Positions 36,374 to 49,049 of a stretch of 64,000 bases of DNA are shown piece after piece (position 1 is the first letter of the stretch; each line of letters begins with the position of its first letter). The notes under the pieces are model-generated. The model worked only from the letters and a program-made list of their open reading frames with translations. It had not been told where the DNA came from and searched no databases. The position numbers were made by a program, and so were the translations under genes. Source of the stretch: Squalus acanthias (taxonomy: Eukaryota); assembly GCA_030390025.1 (NCBI GenBank), contig CM059441.1, positions 22,320,001-22,384,000 on the forward strand. Direction: 5' to 3'.

Positions 36374-36779
36374 CTTCAAAATAGTGCCATGGGAACGTCT
36401 ACGTCCACCTGAGGGGGCAGACGGGGCCTCGGTTTACCGTCTCATCCGAAAGACAGCACCTCCGACAGTGCAGCACTCCCTCAGTACTGCACTGGAGTGT
36501 CAGCCTAGATTTCTGTGCTCAAGTCTCTCGAGTGGGATTTGAACCCACAACCTTCTGACTCGGAGGCGAGTGTGCTATCCACTGAGCCATGGCTGACACT
36601 CGAGCGATGATTTGTGTTTTATTATTCTGTTAACCGAACCACATGGTGTCAAGAGGTTGGGCAGAATGACCCAATGAAACCACACAGAAATTTCAGCTTG
36701 GTCAGGTTTTTAGTACATTACCCGCTGTCGACCATTGCTGGCTTTCACCCAACATTCTTGTAATAAAAGTTAAAATACA

Positions 36780-38060
36780 ACATTTATGATAAATGTCAGG
36801 AGCAAGATTCAGTTAATAACCAGGAAGATTATGGAAAGTACAGGAGGGAATTGAAAAAGTTAATACAGGAGGCAAAGAGAGGTTTCGAGAAAAGATTAGC
36901 AGGCAACATTAAATTGAACCCTAAAACATTTTATAAACATATAAAGTGTAAGTGGTTAGCTGGGGAAAATGTTGGGCCTATTAAGGACCCAAAGGGAAAT
37001 CTTTATGTAGAGGCAAAAGACATGGCAGAAGTATTAAATGAGTACTTTACATCTGTCTTTACAAAGGGAGTGGATGATGTGAAGGTTACACTAAAAGAGG
37101 AGAGGGAAGTTATGGACAGGATAGTAATAGATAGGAAAGATGTGCTAAAAAGATTAGCATTACTGAAAGTTGGTAAGTCACCTGGTCCAGATGGCATGCA
37201 TCCTAGGTTGCTGAAAGAGCAAAGGTTGAAATAGCAGAGGCATTGGTCACAATCTTTCAATCCTCATTGGATACAGGAGTAGTGCTGGAGGATTGGAGGG
37301 CTGCTAATGTTATACCACAATCAAGAAAAGGGGCGAGGGATAAACCAGGAAATTACAGGCCAGTCAACCTAACTACAGGCCAGTCAGCCTAACATCGGTG
37401 TTGGGGAAGTTATTGGAAACCATTATCAGGGACAGAGTAAATTTTCATTTGGAAAAGCATGGGTTAATCAAGAATTTGTTAATCCTGTCCGACTAACCTG
37501 GATCAGTTTTGGGTCCATTACTCTCCAATTTTTATTAACAACCTAGACTTGTGTGTAGGGAGCAGTGTTATAAAGTTTGCAGATGATACAAAACTTGGCA
37601 AAGTAGAAGATCATGATGAGGATAGTTCTAGGCTTCAGGATGACATGGACAGGATGGTGAAGTGGGCAGAAGCACGGCAGATGGAGTTCAATGCGGAGAA
37701 ATGTGAAGTGGTGCACTTTGAGAGGACGAATATGGAAAGACAGTATATTATAAATGGCACGATTTTGAAAAGTGTAGATGAGCAGAGAGACCTTGATGTC
37801 CATATACACAAATCCTTAAAAGGTGGCAGGGCAAGTTGATAAGGTGGTTAAAAAAACACTTGGGTTTATAAATAAAGGAATAGAATATAAAAGCAAAGAG
37901 ATCATGCTAGAACTTTACAAATCACTGGTTAGGCCTCAGCTGGAGTATTGTGGACAATTCTGGGCACCACACTTCAGGGAAGATGTAAAGGGTGCAGAGG
38001 AAGTTTACCAGGATGTTACCAGGGATGAGGGACTTCAGTTATCGGAGAGGCTGGAAACTG
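36780..38060 (+). mobile_element. CR1 ORF2 internal fragments (decayed, internally deleted)
   Basis: NPKTFYKHIK..LNEYFTSVFT..KSPGPDGMHPRLLKE; VIKFADDTKLG..LQDDMDRMVKWA..FNAEKCEVVHF; LYKSLVRPQLEYC. Confidence 0.92.
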
Positions 38061-38263
38061 CGAGTTAAGATTGTTGGGTGAAAGCCAAAAACGCCAACTG
38101 CGTGTAATGAACTTAAAACCGGACCAAGCTGAAATTGCTGGGTGGTTTCATTGGGTCTTTCTGCCCACCCTCTTGGCACCATGTGGTCAGGCAAATGGAA
38201 TAATGAAATTGAAATCACCACATGTCTGATCTGGCCCCACAGTACTGTTCAGGGAATCCAGAG

Positions 38264-38795
38264 GCACAAGTAAGGAGTCTGATGGAATACTTTTCACTTG
38301 CCTGGATGAGTGCAGCTCCAACAACACTCGAGAAGCTCGACACCATCCAGGACAAAGCAGCCCGCTTGATTGGCACCCCATCCACCACCGTAAACATTCA
38401 CTCCCTCCACCACCGGCGTACCGTGGCTGCAGTGTGTACCATCTACAAGATGCACTGCAGCAACTCGCCAAGGCTTCTTCGGCAGCACCTCCCAAACCCG
38501 CGACCTCTTCCACCTAGAAGGACAAGGGCAGCAGGCGCATGGGAACACCACCACCTCCAAGTTCCGCTCCAAGTCACACACCATCCTGACTTGGAAGTAT
38601 ATCGCCGATCCTTCATAGTCACTGGGTCAAAATCCTGGAACTCTCTCCCTAACAGCACTGTGGGAGTACTTTCACCACACGGACTGCAGCGGTTCAAGAA
38701 GGCGGCTCACCACCACCTTCCCGAGGGCAATTAGGGATGGGCAATAAATGCTGGCCTTGCCAGCGACGCCCACATCCCAGGAACAAATTAAAAAA
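38264..38795 (+). mobile_element. LINE family B 3' copy, young, 9-bp TSD
   Basis: ORF 38222..38734 (AQVRSLMEY..LDTIQDKAARLI..); TSD aatccagag at 38255-38263 and 38796-38804. Confidence 0.93.
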
Positions 38796-40974
38796 AATCC
38801 AGAGAGGAGTGGTGGCGGAGAGGGGTGGGGTGGGGGGAGAGATCTAACTGGAGTTTAGAAATGATTGTGTTTCTGGGAATAGAGTTCACATTGCACTCTT
38901 GTGTTTCTGTGAGACTAGATCGTGTTTGATTCTGTTGTACGTTTGTGCACATTTATCACCGTGTCTAGATCAGCCACAGATAACAGAAAAAAATATATAA
39001 AAGATATGACTTTTTTTCCCCGTTATTGCTGTTTTCACTATCTGTTTCTGACTGCGGAGGGCTTGACTTATTATTCCGTCTCTTCCAAAGTCCCATTAAA
39101 AACAAATCCAATCCCGAAGTAGTCCTGTTTCTGACGTGATGGAGCTCTGCTTTCAGCGCATTCCCATTACCCTTTTAAACTATTACCCTGCTGAATAACT
39201 CAATGCTCCATTCAGTTACACAGCAGTGACTAGCCCTTGTAGTTTAAAAAAAAAAGAATGGACAGGGCAAAGGGGTTAAATCACTTCTGCCTAGTGATTT
39301 CCAATATGGTGGCCATGGTTACCAAACTACACAGAGCTGAGTGCTGATATCGGATCAGTGAAAATCTCTCGCTATGTCTCTTTTTTTATTGAGCAGTAAG
39401 AAAGCTTTGTTCCCCTCCCAACGATATGTCTCGCACCCTTTCCTACGGTACTTTTGTATCTCATGCCCTTATTTCAGACAAAAAACACATGCGCACACAA
39501 GGCCCTGTCAATGGCCAAGAAGTGGCATTGCATGAGGATGCCGTGTAGGTGCATACACGTGACCGGGGCAAACAATCTGCCCATGTGCCATTTACCTCAG
39601 AGAGGCATTATGCCAGTCTCTGGTTGTTGGATCAGTTGCTGTCATGTCATTCTGCCTGGAGAGAGGGGCGGGGCGGGGGGGGGGGGGGGGGGTGTTGGAT
39701 TTTCATTCTATTCCTGCAGGGTCTTTGCTTTTTGTTTTTAAGATATATCAAGCTGTATTTGCAGAAGTAAAGACCAGTGCGTTTGTTGTGTGGTGGAGAT
39801 TAATTTTTTTTTCAGATTGCTAGTTTGAAAGTCTCGCTTCCCTCTCAATTAGGGGGTTTAAAAAAAAAAGTCAAAGGAGCTGGGGTTGCAAATTGGAGAA
39901 AGTTGAATGCTCTGTATCAGTGGTTGCAATGAACACCTGCTCGTTACTTTAAATGCAACATTTGGCTCATGTTCATTTCACTTTTGCAGTTCTCTCTCCC
40001 CCTCCCCCCCAAATGTCTGTGTGAGGCATCAAATATGAAATTGCTTCACTATGAAAGGTTGAGCTATGAGAAGCTTTCATTCTGAAAATGAGAAATTGTT
40101 ACGCATTTGATCTACTAAATGAGTTAGTTCCAAATCTGCTGTTCTGCATCGCCTGCTGTTCAATTCCAGTCAGTTTCAACTTGTTTGGGTTCTAATTCAT
40201 TGAAGGTTACGCAAGATTCTCTTCGCTGTTGAGTATTCCCTGATTTATATAAATGACCATTTTTGACATTTTTATTAAGAAACTTGGATGAAGCCAATCG
40301 ATCAGAGCAACCCCAATGTTGACAAGAACAGGAGGGAAGTACAGGTTAGGGAAGGTAATACTAGGCTTGCGTTTTAAAAAAGCTTGAAGACGGTAGGAGG
40401 AAGAAAATCCTGAGGAGGTGAGGAGTGCCACGATTTTGGGAAACATTGCGTTCAAATAGGAGATAATACCTTATTAAACCCTTAGTTATGAATTCCTGAT
40501 TTAATTCCTTGAAAGAGTTGGTAAATCCCCATTTGGTACACAATTTGAGAAAGCATGTGTCTGCCGGCCGCATTTGAGGAATACACCGTATAGAAGGAAC
40601 CTAAAGAGTAGGAGGAAAGATAATTAGATCTGTCAGGGAAAGGTTTTTGAATATTGTAGATGCTGCTATACCAAAAGGTTATCTGCTGATAGTACAGATG
40701 ATGAGATAGATAGATAGATGGCTGGCTAGCTGTGCTGACTTGTAGCTATTCCAGTATCTTCAGGGTGAATCAAAGCTGTTGTCTTCAGGAAGCAACCTAA
40801 TAGGGCGGAGGAGAGAAAAAGCATGAGGACTATAACAAAATGCCATCTCTCGTAGTTCGAGCATCAGCAGAAAAAAACCACCGCAACCTTTGAAGAAACG
40901 TCTAATTTTGATATTTTTTCCCCCCTTCCACTCTAACAAGAATCTCCGAGATTATCTTGATGATGAATAGATTT

Positions 40975-41325
40975 TTTTGCTTTCAATGCGCTTTCTTGTA
41001 TTTCCACACAGCAAGGTCCCACAAACAGCAATGAGATAAACTGCTTTTAAGTAATGTCGGTTGAAAGATAAATGTTGACCAGGACACCAGAAGAACTCCC
41101 CTGCTCTTCGAATAGTGCCATGGAATCTTTTATACCCAACTCAACCAGGCAAATGGAGCCTTGGTTCAACGTCTCATCAAGAAGACAATACCTCGGGCAG
41201 TGCAGCACTCCCTCAATACTGTACTGAAGCGCCAGCCTAAATTATGTGTTCAGGTCTCTGGAGTGGGGCTTGGTTCCAGGACCTTCTGATTCAGGGGCAA
41301 GAGTGCCACCATTGAGCCAAGGCTG
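40975..41325 (-). mobile_element. Old DeuSINE
   Basis: gcaaggtcccacaaacagcaatg..atagtgccatggaatctttt..ccattgagccaaggctga. Confidence 0.82.
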
Positions 41326-42182
41326 AGATTTACTTCAGGACACTGCGATCCTGACATGTACCAGCTGGTAGAGGGCAGATGCAGCCCTTTGAAAGTTGCT
41401 TCAGTAAGGGAGGAGGGAACTACCAGACGTGTGCATACTGTGTAGAGATTTTTAGATACATAAATATTTATATGTATTTGTGAATATTCAGCAAAGTGCA
41501 TTTTTAAAACTATTGTCTGAACACCTGAAAGGAGATAATTTCCTTGGAATTTCTCCCAGTATCTGTAACTTGAATTTTCTGCAGATCCTGGGGCAGGTTT
41601 TATTTCCCATTTTTGGGTTGAGTGACACCCCCCCCCCCCCCCCCCCCACACACCCCACCAGCCTGCTCCAAGAGTTGGTGTGCCATTCTCACTGCAAGCT
41701 CAATGAACCATAGTCAAGTCCACGAATAAAACCAGTCAGTATATAACCGTTTGGTCGGGATATATTGCCCATTTGGTAGCTGCATTCCCGTGACTAGCTG
41801 TAACTCTCTCTATGTTGTAGCTGAGGGAGTGTTGATGCTTCATTTCGGGGGTGGGGGGGGTGACAAGTGGTGCAGATTCTCTGTGTGACACCTGCATACT
41901 TTTTCAGTGAGGGCTTTGAGGTGTGTTTCTGTCTGTATGATTCTTTTTCTTTAAGTGCCGCGAGTTGCAAAGAAAGAGAAACCAGAATTGGAAGGAATGC
42001 AAACAGAAACAAGAGCTTGTATTTCAACAGTGCTCCTCACATGCAGGTGGACATTCTCAAAGCACTTCTCAGTTAGAGGGCAAGTAATGGCGGATGCTGA
42101 ACGGAAGGGGGAAAGAGAGAAATGGAAAAAGGGTCGAGTTGGAGGATCGACGACATAGTTAACGGAAAATTTGTTTCTGGAG

Positions 42183-42765
42183 GTTGTATAGAACCTTGGT
42201 TAGACCACACTTGGAGTATTGTGAACAGTTCTGGTCTCCATATTATAAAAAGGATGTAGAGGCATTAGAGAAGGTGCAAAAACAATTTACTATCCTGATA
42301 CCAGAACTGAAAGGTTTTACCTATCAGGGAAAATGGAACAGGCTGGGGATCTTTCCTCTAGAAAAGAGAAGATTGAAGGCTGACCTGCTGGAGGCCTTCA
42401 AGATTATGAAAGGGTTTGATAAGGTAGACGTAGAGAAGATGTTGCGATTTGCAGGCAAGACCAGAACTAGGGGCCATAAATATAAAATAGTCACTAACGA
42501 TTCTAATAGGGAATTCAGGAGAAACTTCTTTACCCAGAGTGTGGTGAGAATGTGGAACTCACTACCACAGGGAGTAGTTGAGGCGAATAGCATAGATGCA
42601 TTCAAGGGGAAGCAAGATAAACACATGAGAAAGGAATCGAAGGATATGCTGATGGGGTTGGATGAAGAGGGGTGGGAGGAGGCTCGTGTGGAGCATAAAC
42701 ACCAGCATGGACCTGTTGGGTTGAATGTCCTGTTTCCGTGCTGTAAAAACTTTGTAATACTTCGT
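42183..42765 (+). mobile_element. CR1 3' fragment
   Basis: ORF 42184..42789: LYRTLVRPHLEYCEQFWSP..RTRGHKYK..VVEANSIDAFKG. Confidence 0.93.
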
Positions 42766-42784
42766 AGTACTTTGTCGATAGCAA

Positions 42785-43285
42785 GATGAAGGTAGGCAGG
42801 GAGGGCCTAGTAGCCACCATTGGTGGAGTGTGGGATAAGAAGAAGCCCTGTGCTAGTGAAGTGGACGATGTGTGCGGGAACATAAGGCGAGAGGAGATCG
42901 CTAAGGTTAAAGCACGGCTAGGCAAGGTTGTTGATTGGATTTGAAAGTGAGGATGAGAACTTTAAAATTAAACGCGCCGTGTCACTGAGCAAATGGAGCG
43001 TGGAGAGGACCTGAGCAATGGGAGTACACGATGTTGTGTGGGGGAAGGCATGGACTATGGCATTTTTGGATGAGTTGAAATCTGTGGGGGATAGCACCAC
43101 GATCATCTAGTAGAGTGTCGGAAAAGTCGAGCCCCGAGTGGACTAGGGTTTCTGAGTGGGTGAAGTCGGGGCAGAGTTGGGCAGTGTTGTGAAGATGGAA
43201 GCAGGTGGCCTTGGTAATGGAGAGGATATAGGGGAGGATGCTGAGCTTGAGATCGAGCTGTATACCAAGGTTACGCACCTGGATT
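42785..43285 (-). mobile_element. Old L2 fragment
   Basis: Minus strand RNLGIQLD..ITKATCFHLHN..LVHSGLDF (L2 ORF2 C-terminus). Confidence 0.7.
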
Positions 43286-43734
43286 AGCCTGAAAAACAGA
43301 AAATGCTTCCATTGGTGGGTGACTGCAGCACTGAGGCATTCGTACCTTCTCCATCAGCCAATGCATGGAAAAAGTCAGAGCCACAGGAATGTAGCTGTTA
43401 AATACGTCACTCAAAAAGAAAAGTTCCTTCCAACCTCCCAATATTGTTACAGCTGATGAAATAACATTTTGGATGAACACGTTTTTTTTAAGACAATCTG
43501 ATTTCAGTAAGGCTGAAACCCTGGAAGGCATTCAGTCCACAGGGTAACTCCCAGATCAGAAAGAGAAATGGATATTGTAGCTAAATTGTGATAATGTTGT
43601 AGCTTGCAGTATGATCTATCAGCAAGTGACGTTGACTGGATAACTTGAGTGGAGATATTTTATCTTGTGACCTATTCTATTTTTAACTTTGATTTTACTC
43701 GCAGTCTGACGGTATCTGAAGCTGCTTGAATGAC

Positions 43735-44680
43735 TCCCTTCACACGCACATTGTTTCCTTTCCCTTTCAAATCTGCTGTTTCCTTTCCCCTTCAAATCTG
43801 CTGTTATCAACCTCCTCACTTTTTAAAAAGCCCACTCTCCATCCCACCAACTTCTCCAACCATCGTTCCATCTCGAACCTCCCTTTCCACTCCAGTACGC
43901 GAACGCACTGTTGTAACCCAGCGCTGTGCACAGCTCTCCAATCATTGTGTTTGAATCCCTTGGGTCTGGTTTCTGTCCTGCCGACAACATCAGGACCACC
44001 CTGGTCAATGTCCCATTGGTGTCCTTTGTGACCAATGGCTGCGACCATGGAGTATTGTTCTTCTCAGCTTCTCCTCCCAATTTAACTCCATCCTATCGAT
44101 CACCAAGACCACATCTATCCACCTTCGTATTTATCTTTCCTCTACTGTTTAAGAAACCCTTCCAATGTCTCCAGGCTCAACATCTCCAATGCTTTCCTCA
44201 CCAGGCTCCTGACCTTCATCCTCTATAATCCCCAACATGCCCAAAACTCGGCTGCTCCCATCCTTCCCGACACTAAGTTCTGCTGTCGTCATTGACCTCC
44301 ATTTGTTCCCCATCCTCCAGTATGTTGAATTCAAAATCCTTGTTCTTGTTATAAATCCTTCCACAAGCTCACTCCACCCTACTTCTGCAGCCCCTATGTG
44401 CTAGCTTGCATCATCTGGTCTTCTGACACTGGTCTTGTGCCTGTCCTCTCCCCCTCTCAACTCCATCATTGATGACAAAGCCTTCAGTCATCTCCGCCCT
44501 GCCTTCTGGATCTCTCACCCTAACCCATCTGCTCTCTTCCCTCCTCTTCAAAAGTCTCCTCAAAACCTTTCTCTTTGATCACGCCTTCAGTCAACCCACC
44601 CTCCCAACTCCTCTTTAATTGCTTGCTGTCAGCCTCTTCTCTGCAAAGACTTTGGGGCATTCTCTATATTTATAAATGTT
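43735..44680 (+). mobile_element. Old L2 fragment
   Basis: LFKKPTLHP..NHRSISNLPF; QSGF-like SGFCP; attcaaaatccttgttc; L2-type tail. Confidence 0.65.
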
Positions 44681-44759
44681 TGTAGAGTAGATGTAGTCTT
44701 AGTGCTGTAGATGTTGTAGCTGCTGCTTTGTTATGTACCAATGGAAGCTCTTTTGCTTC

Positions 44760-45180
44760 CACTCCAAGACTTGAGCGCACAATCTTGGGTGACCCTCCAG
44801 TGCAGTACTGAGGGATGGCTGCACTGTTGGGGGCACCATTTTTTGGATGAGCTGTTAAGCTGAGGTTCTGGCTGCCTGCTCTGGTGGTTCAGGTGGATAC
44901 TAACGATCCCATAGGCAATATTCAAAGAAGAACCAGAGTGTCTTTCTGGTGTTCTGGCCAACATTCCTCCCTCAACTAACACTATGAAAAACAGATTAAC
45001 TGTTCATTCATCTCATTGTTGTTTGTGGTATCTTGCTGTGCACAACATGGCTGCAATGTTGCCCACGTTAAAGACAGTGACTGCACTCCAAGGTAATTTG
45101 TTGTATGTGAAGTGTTTTGGATGTTTCTGAGAGAATTTAGAGAATACATTGGTTTCTGCCTAAATAAATGCAAATCTTTT
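44760..45180 (+). mobile_element. Old DeuSINE
   Basis: ccactccaagacttgagc..ccagtgcagtactgagggat..gatcccataggca..aaatgcaaatcttt. Confidence 0.8.
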
Positions 45181-45875
45181 CCTCGCCTCATAACTGCACT
45201 GTTATTCTAGGAACTTGAGCTAAATGCACCATGTAAACAGCCCTCGGGGTCCTGTGACCTGAATTTGGGGCAACCTAAATCCAAGTGCAAAACTGCCCAA
45301 ACACGAGTTGGGACTTCCTCAGAAGCCATAAGATAGTGTGGAAAGTGGAGGTGCTCATGCACTGGCTTAGAGTAATAGCAGCTTTCCTCTTCATGGCATA
45401 ATTGGCCCGGAGTGTTTGACGGTACTGAGTGCTAAGAGGGGAACAATGTTCGAATCCTCTTAATTTGAACTCCCAACTTTGACCCAAAATCTATTTATCT
45501 ATCCATCTTGTATCTTGGCATGTCTGTCATATTTCAAGGTTTCAAAAATATATTTATATAAAAAAAGAGAAAGTAAGGCAGTCATTTTCTGCTGGTTTCT
45601 TCTGACTTGGAACCAGGAATTTACAATCACCTGCCAACCTACAAACTTTGTTCACCAACAGCAGTTAAACTCTAATGGACTTCAGGATGTGGTTATTTAT
45701 AGCAATTAGATTGTGTGCTCTTAAAGGCACAGACTAGATTAAAAACATCTGTGCCTTAGCAGCAAAGTAATAATTAGTGGGTTACATGGTGTAGAGCTCC
45801 CATCCGTAGAAACCAGTGTATCCTTCAAATTATCTTGAGGGAGATCTAGTTTTATTTAAAAGAAAATTGGCCACT

Positions 45876-46025
45876 GGGCACTTTCCTTGAGGGTTCTCCC
45901 GATCAGCCACTGTAACTTCAGCGGGAGATTGGTGGAAACACCCCCTTGATGAGGTTTATCCGGGGTTCCCGCTGAAGTTCGAGCAGCTGATCAGGAGAAC
46001 ACCGCCCCACCAGAGAAAATGACCA
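45876..46025. mobile_element. Palindromic MITE
   Basis: Arms ttctcccgatcagccactgtaacttcagcggga (45894-45926) and tcccgctgaagttcgagcagctgatcaggagaa (45967-45999). Confidence 0.7.
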
Positions 46026-47374
46026 ACGTATGTTGACATTCCATGATTGGGTGTAACGGGAGCCCAAAGCAAAAAGTTTCAGCTAGGAATGTGGCACACC
46101 TTTTTGAGATATGTTCGTTAGCACTGCGGTGTGACGAGCCTGCCTGTCCTCTTGTCAGCCTGAGGATTTCCGTCCTCCTTTCCCTCCCTCCCTCCCTTGC
46201 ACAAATGCTGGTGTGTGGTAACCAACTGTAAGGGCACGAGCCTCTTGTCTATGTTTTTGATGCATTGTGATTGAACGCTCGTGGACTATGGATAGTAAAA
46301 GCTGGGAGCCTTCCGTTTTTGTGACGAATTACTAGTGTCGTACTGAGCCTTGTTGCTTAGGACATGCGGGCATGGCAAATAATCCTTTGTGCTCTGAGTA
46401 TAGATTTGGGAAAATTAATTCCCAGTTATCCAGTCCATGATTGAGACACCATTGTTCTTTGCGATACAGAACCAGCTGCCGGTGAAAGACAAGTCTTTGA
46501 GGTTTCCTTGTAATTTATTCTTTTGAAAGGCACGTGGTCTCGGTGGCCTTGATAAGTTTTTAAAAATTATTTTCAGGGAGTGGGGGAGGAATACGATGAT
46601 GACCTTTCTTCGAACGAGATAACGCCTTGAGGGATATCCAGGTATCCTAAACCGTGCAGTGGCCAAGGTTACAATGTTGGCAACGGTACAATTTTATGAA
46701 GAAAAGGAAGTCGAACCAATTGCAAACTCATCTGAACTGACGCAGAGCATTTGTATTCCTCATTGAACTGCCCAAGAACAATGTTGTTTATTAAAAGGTC
46801 AAATTTTGCGCATGGTAAGTAAGATGTGACAATTTTGCAATAGTATTGGTGCTGTACTCTCTCTTCTCCCCCCACCCTGTACAGCTAGGGAGTGGCTGTG
46901 CAAAGCCTGGGGCAGCACTTTTGGCTGTGCTCCCACACAGTTTGTGGTGTAGCTGGGGACAGCACTGATCCTCCTCTGCTCCCTTAGCTGTGTTTGGAAG
47001 GGACGAGCCTTCGCTGTGCTTCTGCACACGTGCTCCAAATCCGAAGACCGACTTCCCCCTGTGCTCCCGTACGTTGGTTGTGTAGCATTCCGAGTTCTTC
47101 ACTGGCAATCACAGACTCTCCAATTATTAGAATGTGACGGTGTCTTTACCACCAGATTGTGCTGTGTGCAAATAGTGTGATGGTGACATCTGGTGGTAGC
47201 AAAGGTCATAACAGCTGAACATTTGTAAAGAGTTTGATATTTGTAAATCACCCCCCTTTAAATGAAGATATTATTGCTCCTCCTCAACCAAAACACCCAT
47301 CCCATTTTTAGACAGAAACATAGATTCTTTACAACAGCCAAGAAAGACGTTGATAGAATTATCTTTACAACTTT

Positions 47375-47600
47375 ACAAGTTGCATTTATATAGCGCCTTT
47401 AATGTAGCAAGAAGCTTCACAGAGGAGTAATCAGAAATAAATGGACGCCAAGCCAATGGAGCAGATATTGGGATGGGTGACCAAAAGGTTGGTCAAAAAG
47501 GTGGGTTTAAGAAGGTTTCTGGAGGAGAGGCTGGTGGAAAGGTTGAGGGAGGGAATTCTAGAGCATCGGGCCAAGGTGGCTGAAGACTCGGTGACGGGGA
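47375..47600 (-). mobile_element. L2 3' tail fragment
   Basis: ttgcatttatatagcgcctttaatgtag..ggtgaccaaaaggttggtcaaa..gagggaattctagag. Confidence 0.75.
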
Positions 47601-47604
47601 GGAG

Positions 47605-48995
47605 GTGGTTGGGATGTAACTTGGAGGGGAACTTGCTGGTGATGGTGTTCCCATGCGCCTGCTGCCCTTGTCCTTCGAGGTGGTAGAGGTCCTGGGTTTG
47701 TGAGGTGCTGTCGAAGAAGCTTTGGCGCGTTGCTGCAGTGCATCTTGTAGATGGTGTACACTGCAGCCACAGTGCGCCGGTGGTGGAGGGAATGAATAGT
47801 TAAGGTGGTGGATGGGGTACCAATCAAGCTGGCTGCTTTGTCCTGGATGGTGTTGAGCTTCTTGAGTGTTGTTGGAGCTGCACTCATCCAGGCAAGTGGA
47901 GAGTATTCCATCACACTCCTTGTGCCTTGTAGATGGTGGAAAGGCTTTGTGGAGTTGGGAGGTGAGACACTCGCCGCAGAATACCTAGCCTCTGACCTGC
48001 TCTTGTTGCCACACTATTTATGTGGCTGGTCCAGTTAAGTTTCTGGTAAATGGTGACCCCCCAGGATGTTGATGGTGGGGGATTCGGCAATGCTAATACC
48101 GTTGAATGTCAAGGGGAGGTGGTTAGACTCTCGCTTGTTGGAGATAGTCATTGCCTGGCACATGTGTGGCGCGAATGTTACCTGCCACTTATCAGCCCAA
48201 GCCTGTATGTCGTCCAGGTCTTGCTGCATGCGAGCATTATCGGGGGAGTTGCGAATGGAACTGAACACTATGCAATCATTAGCAAACATCCCCACTTCTG
48301 ACCTTATGTTGGAGGGAAGGTCATTGATGAAGCAGTTGAAGATGGTTGGGCCTAGGACACTGCCCTGAGGAACTCCTGCAGCGATGTCCTGGAGCTGTGA
48401 TGATTGATCTCCAACAACCACCACTATCTTCCTTTGTGCTAGGTATGATTCCAGCCAGTGGAGAGTTTTCCCCCCCGATTCCCATTGACTTCAGTTTTAT
48501 TAGGGCTCCTTGATGCCATACTCAGTCAAATGTTGCCTCGATGTCAAGGGCAGTCACTCTCACCTCACCTCTGGAATTCAGCTCTTTTGTCCATGTTTGG
48601 ACCAAGGCTGTAATGAGGTCTAGAGCTGAGTGGTCCTGGCAGACCCTAAACTGAGCATCGGTGAGCAGGTTATTGGTGAGTAAGTGCTGCTTGATAGCAC
48701 TGTCGATAACACCTTCCATCACTTTGCTGATGATTGAGAGTATACCGATGGGGTGGTAATTGGTCGGATTGGATTTGTCCTGCTTTTTGTGGACAGGACA
48801 TACCTGGGCAGTTTTCCACATTGCCAGTGTTGAAGCTGTACTGGAACAGCTTGCCTAGATGCACGGCTAGTTCTGGAGCGCAAGTCTTCAGCACGACAGC
48901 TGGGATGTTCTCGGGGCCCATAGCCTTTGCTGTATCCAGTGCGCTGAGCCGTTTCTTGATATCATGTGGAGTGAATCGAATTGGCTGAAGACTGG
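47605..48995 (-). mobile_element. LINE family B, longest copy (RT domain, frameshifted)
   Basis: AKAMGPENIPAVVLK; WKTAQVCPVHKK..NYHPI; VTALDI..FD; [26 protein letters not shown]. Confidence 0.95.
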
Positions 48996-49049
48996 CCATC
49001 ACAGAAGTCCCAATTCATCTGAACACGCATCCCATCTCGCGCTAAATTC

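Larger units (their letters stand above)
35918..36599 (-). mobile_element. Full-length DeuSINE hosting a palindromic Penelope-derived insertion
   Basis: The SINE is continuous once 36172-36386 is removed. Confidence 0.9.

Noticed and set aside
40280-40360. Possible coding upstream exon MKPIDQSNPNVDKNRREVQ..
   Set aside because: Available donors (CAG|gttagg, AAG|gtaata) give phase 0 or 1, not the phase 2 needed to join the SoxD exon; no similarity to SoxD N-termini.
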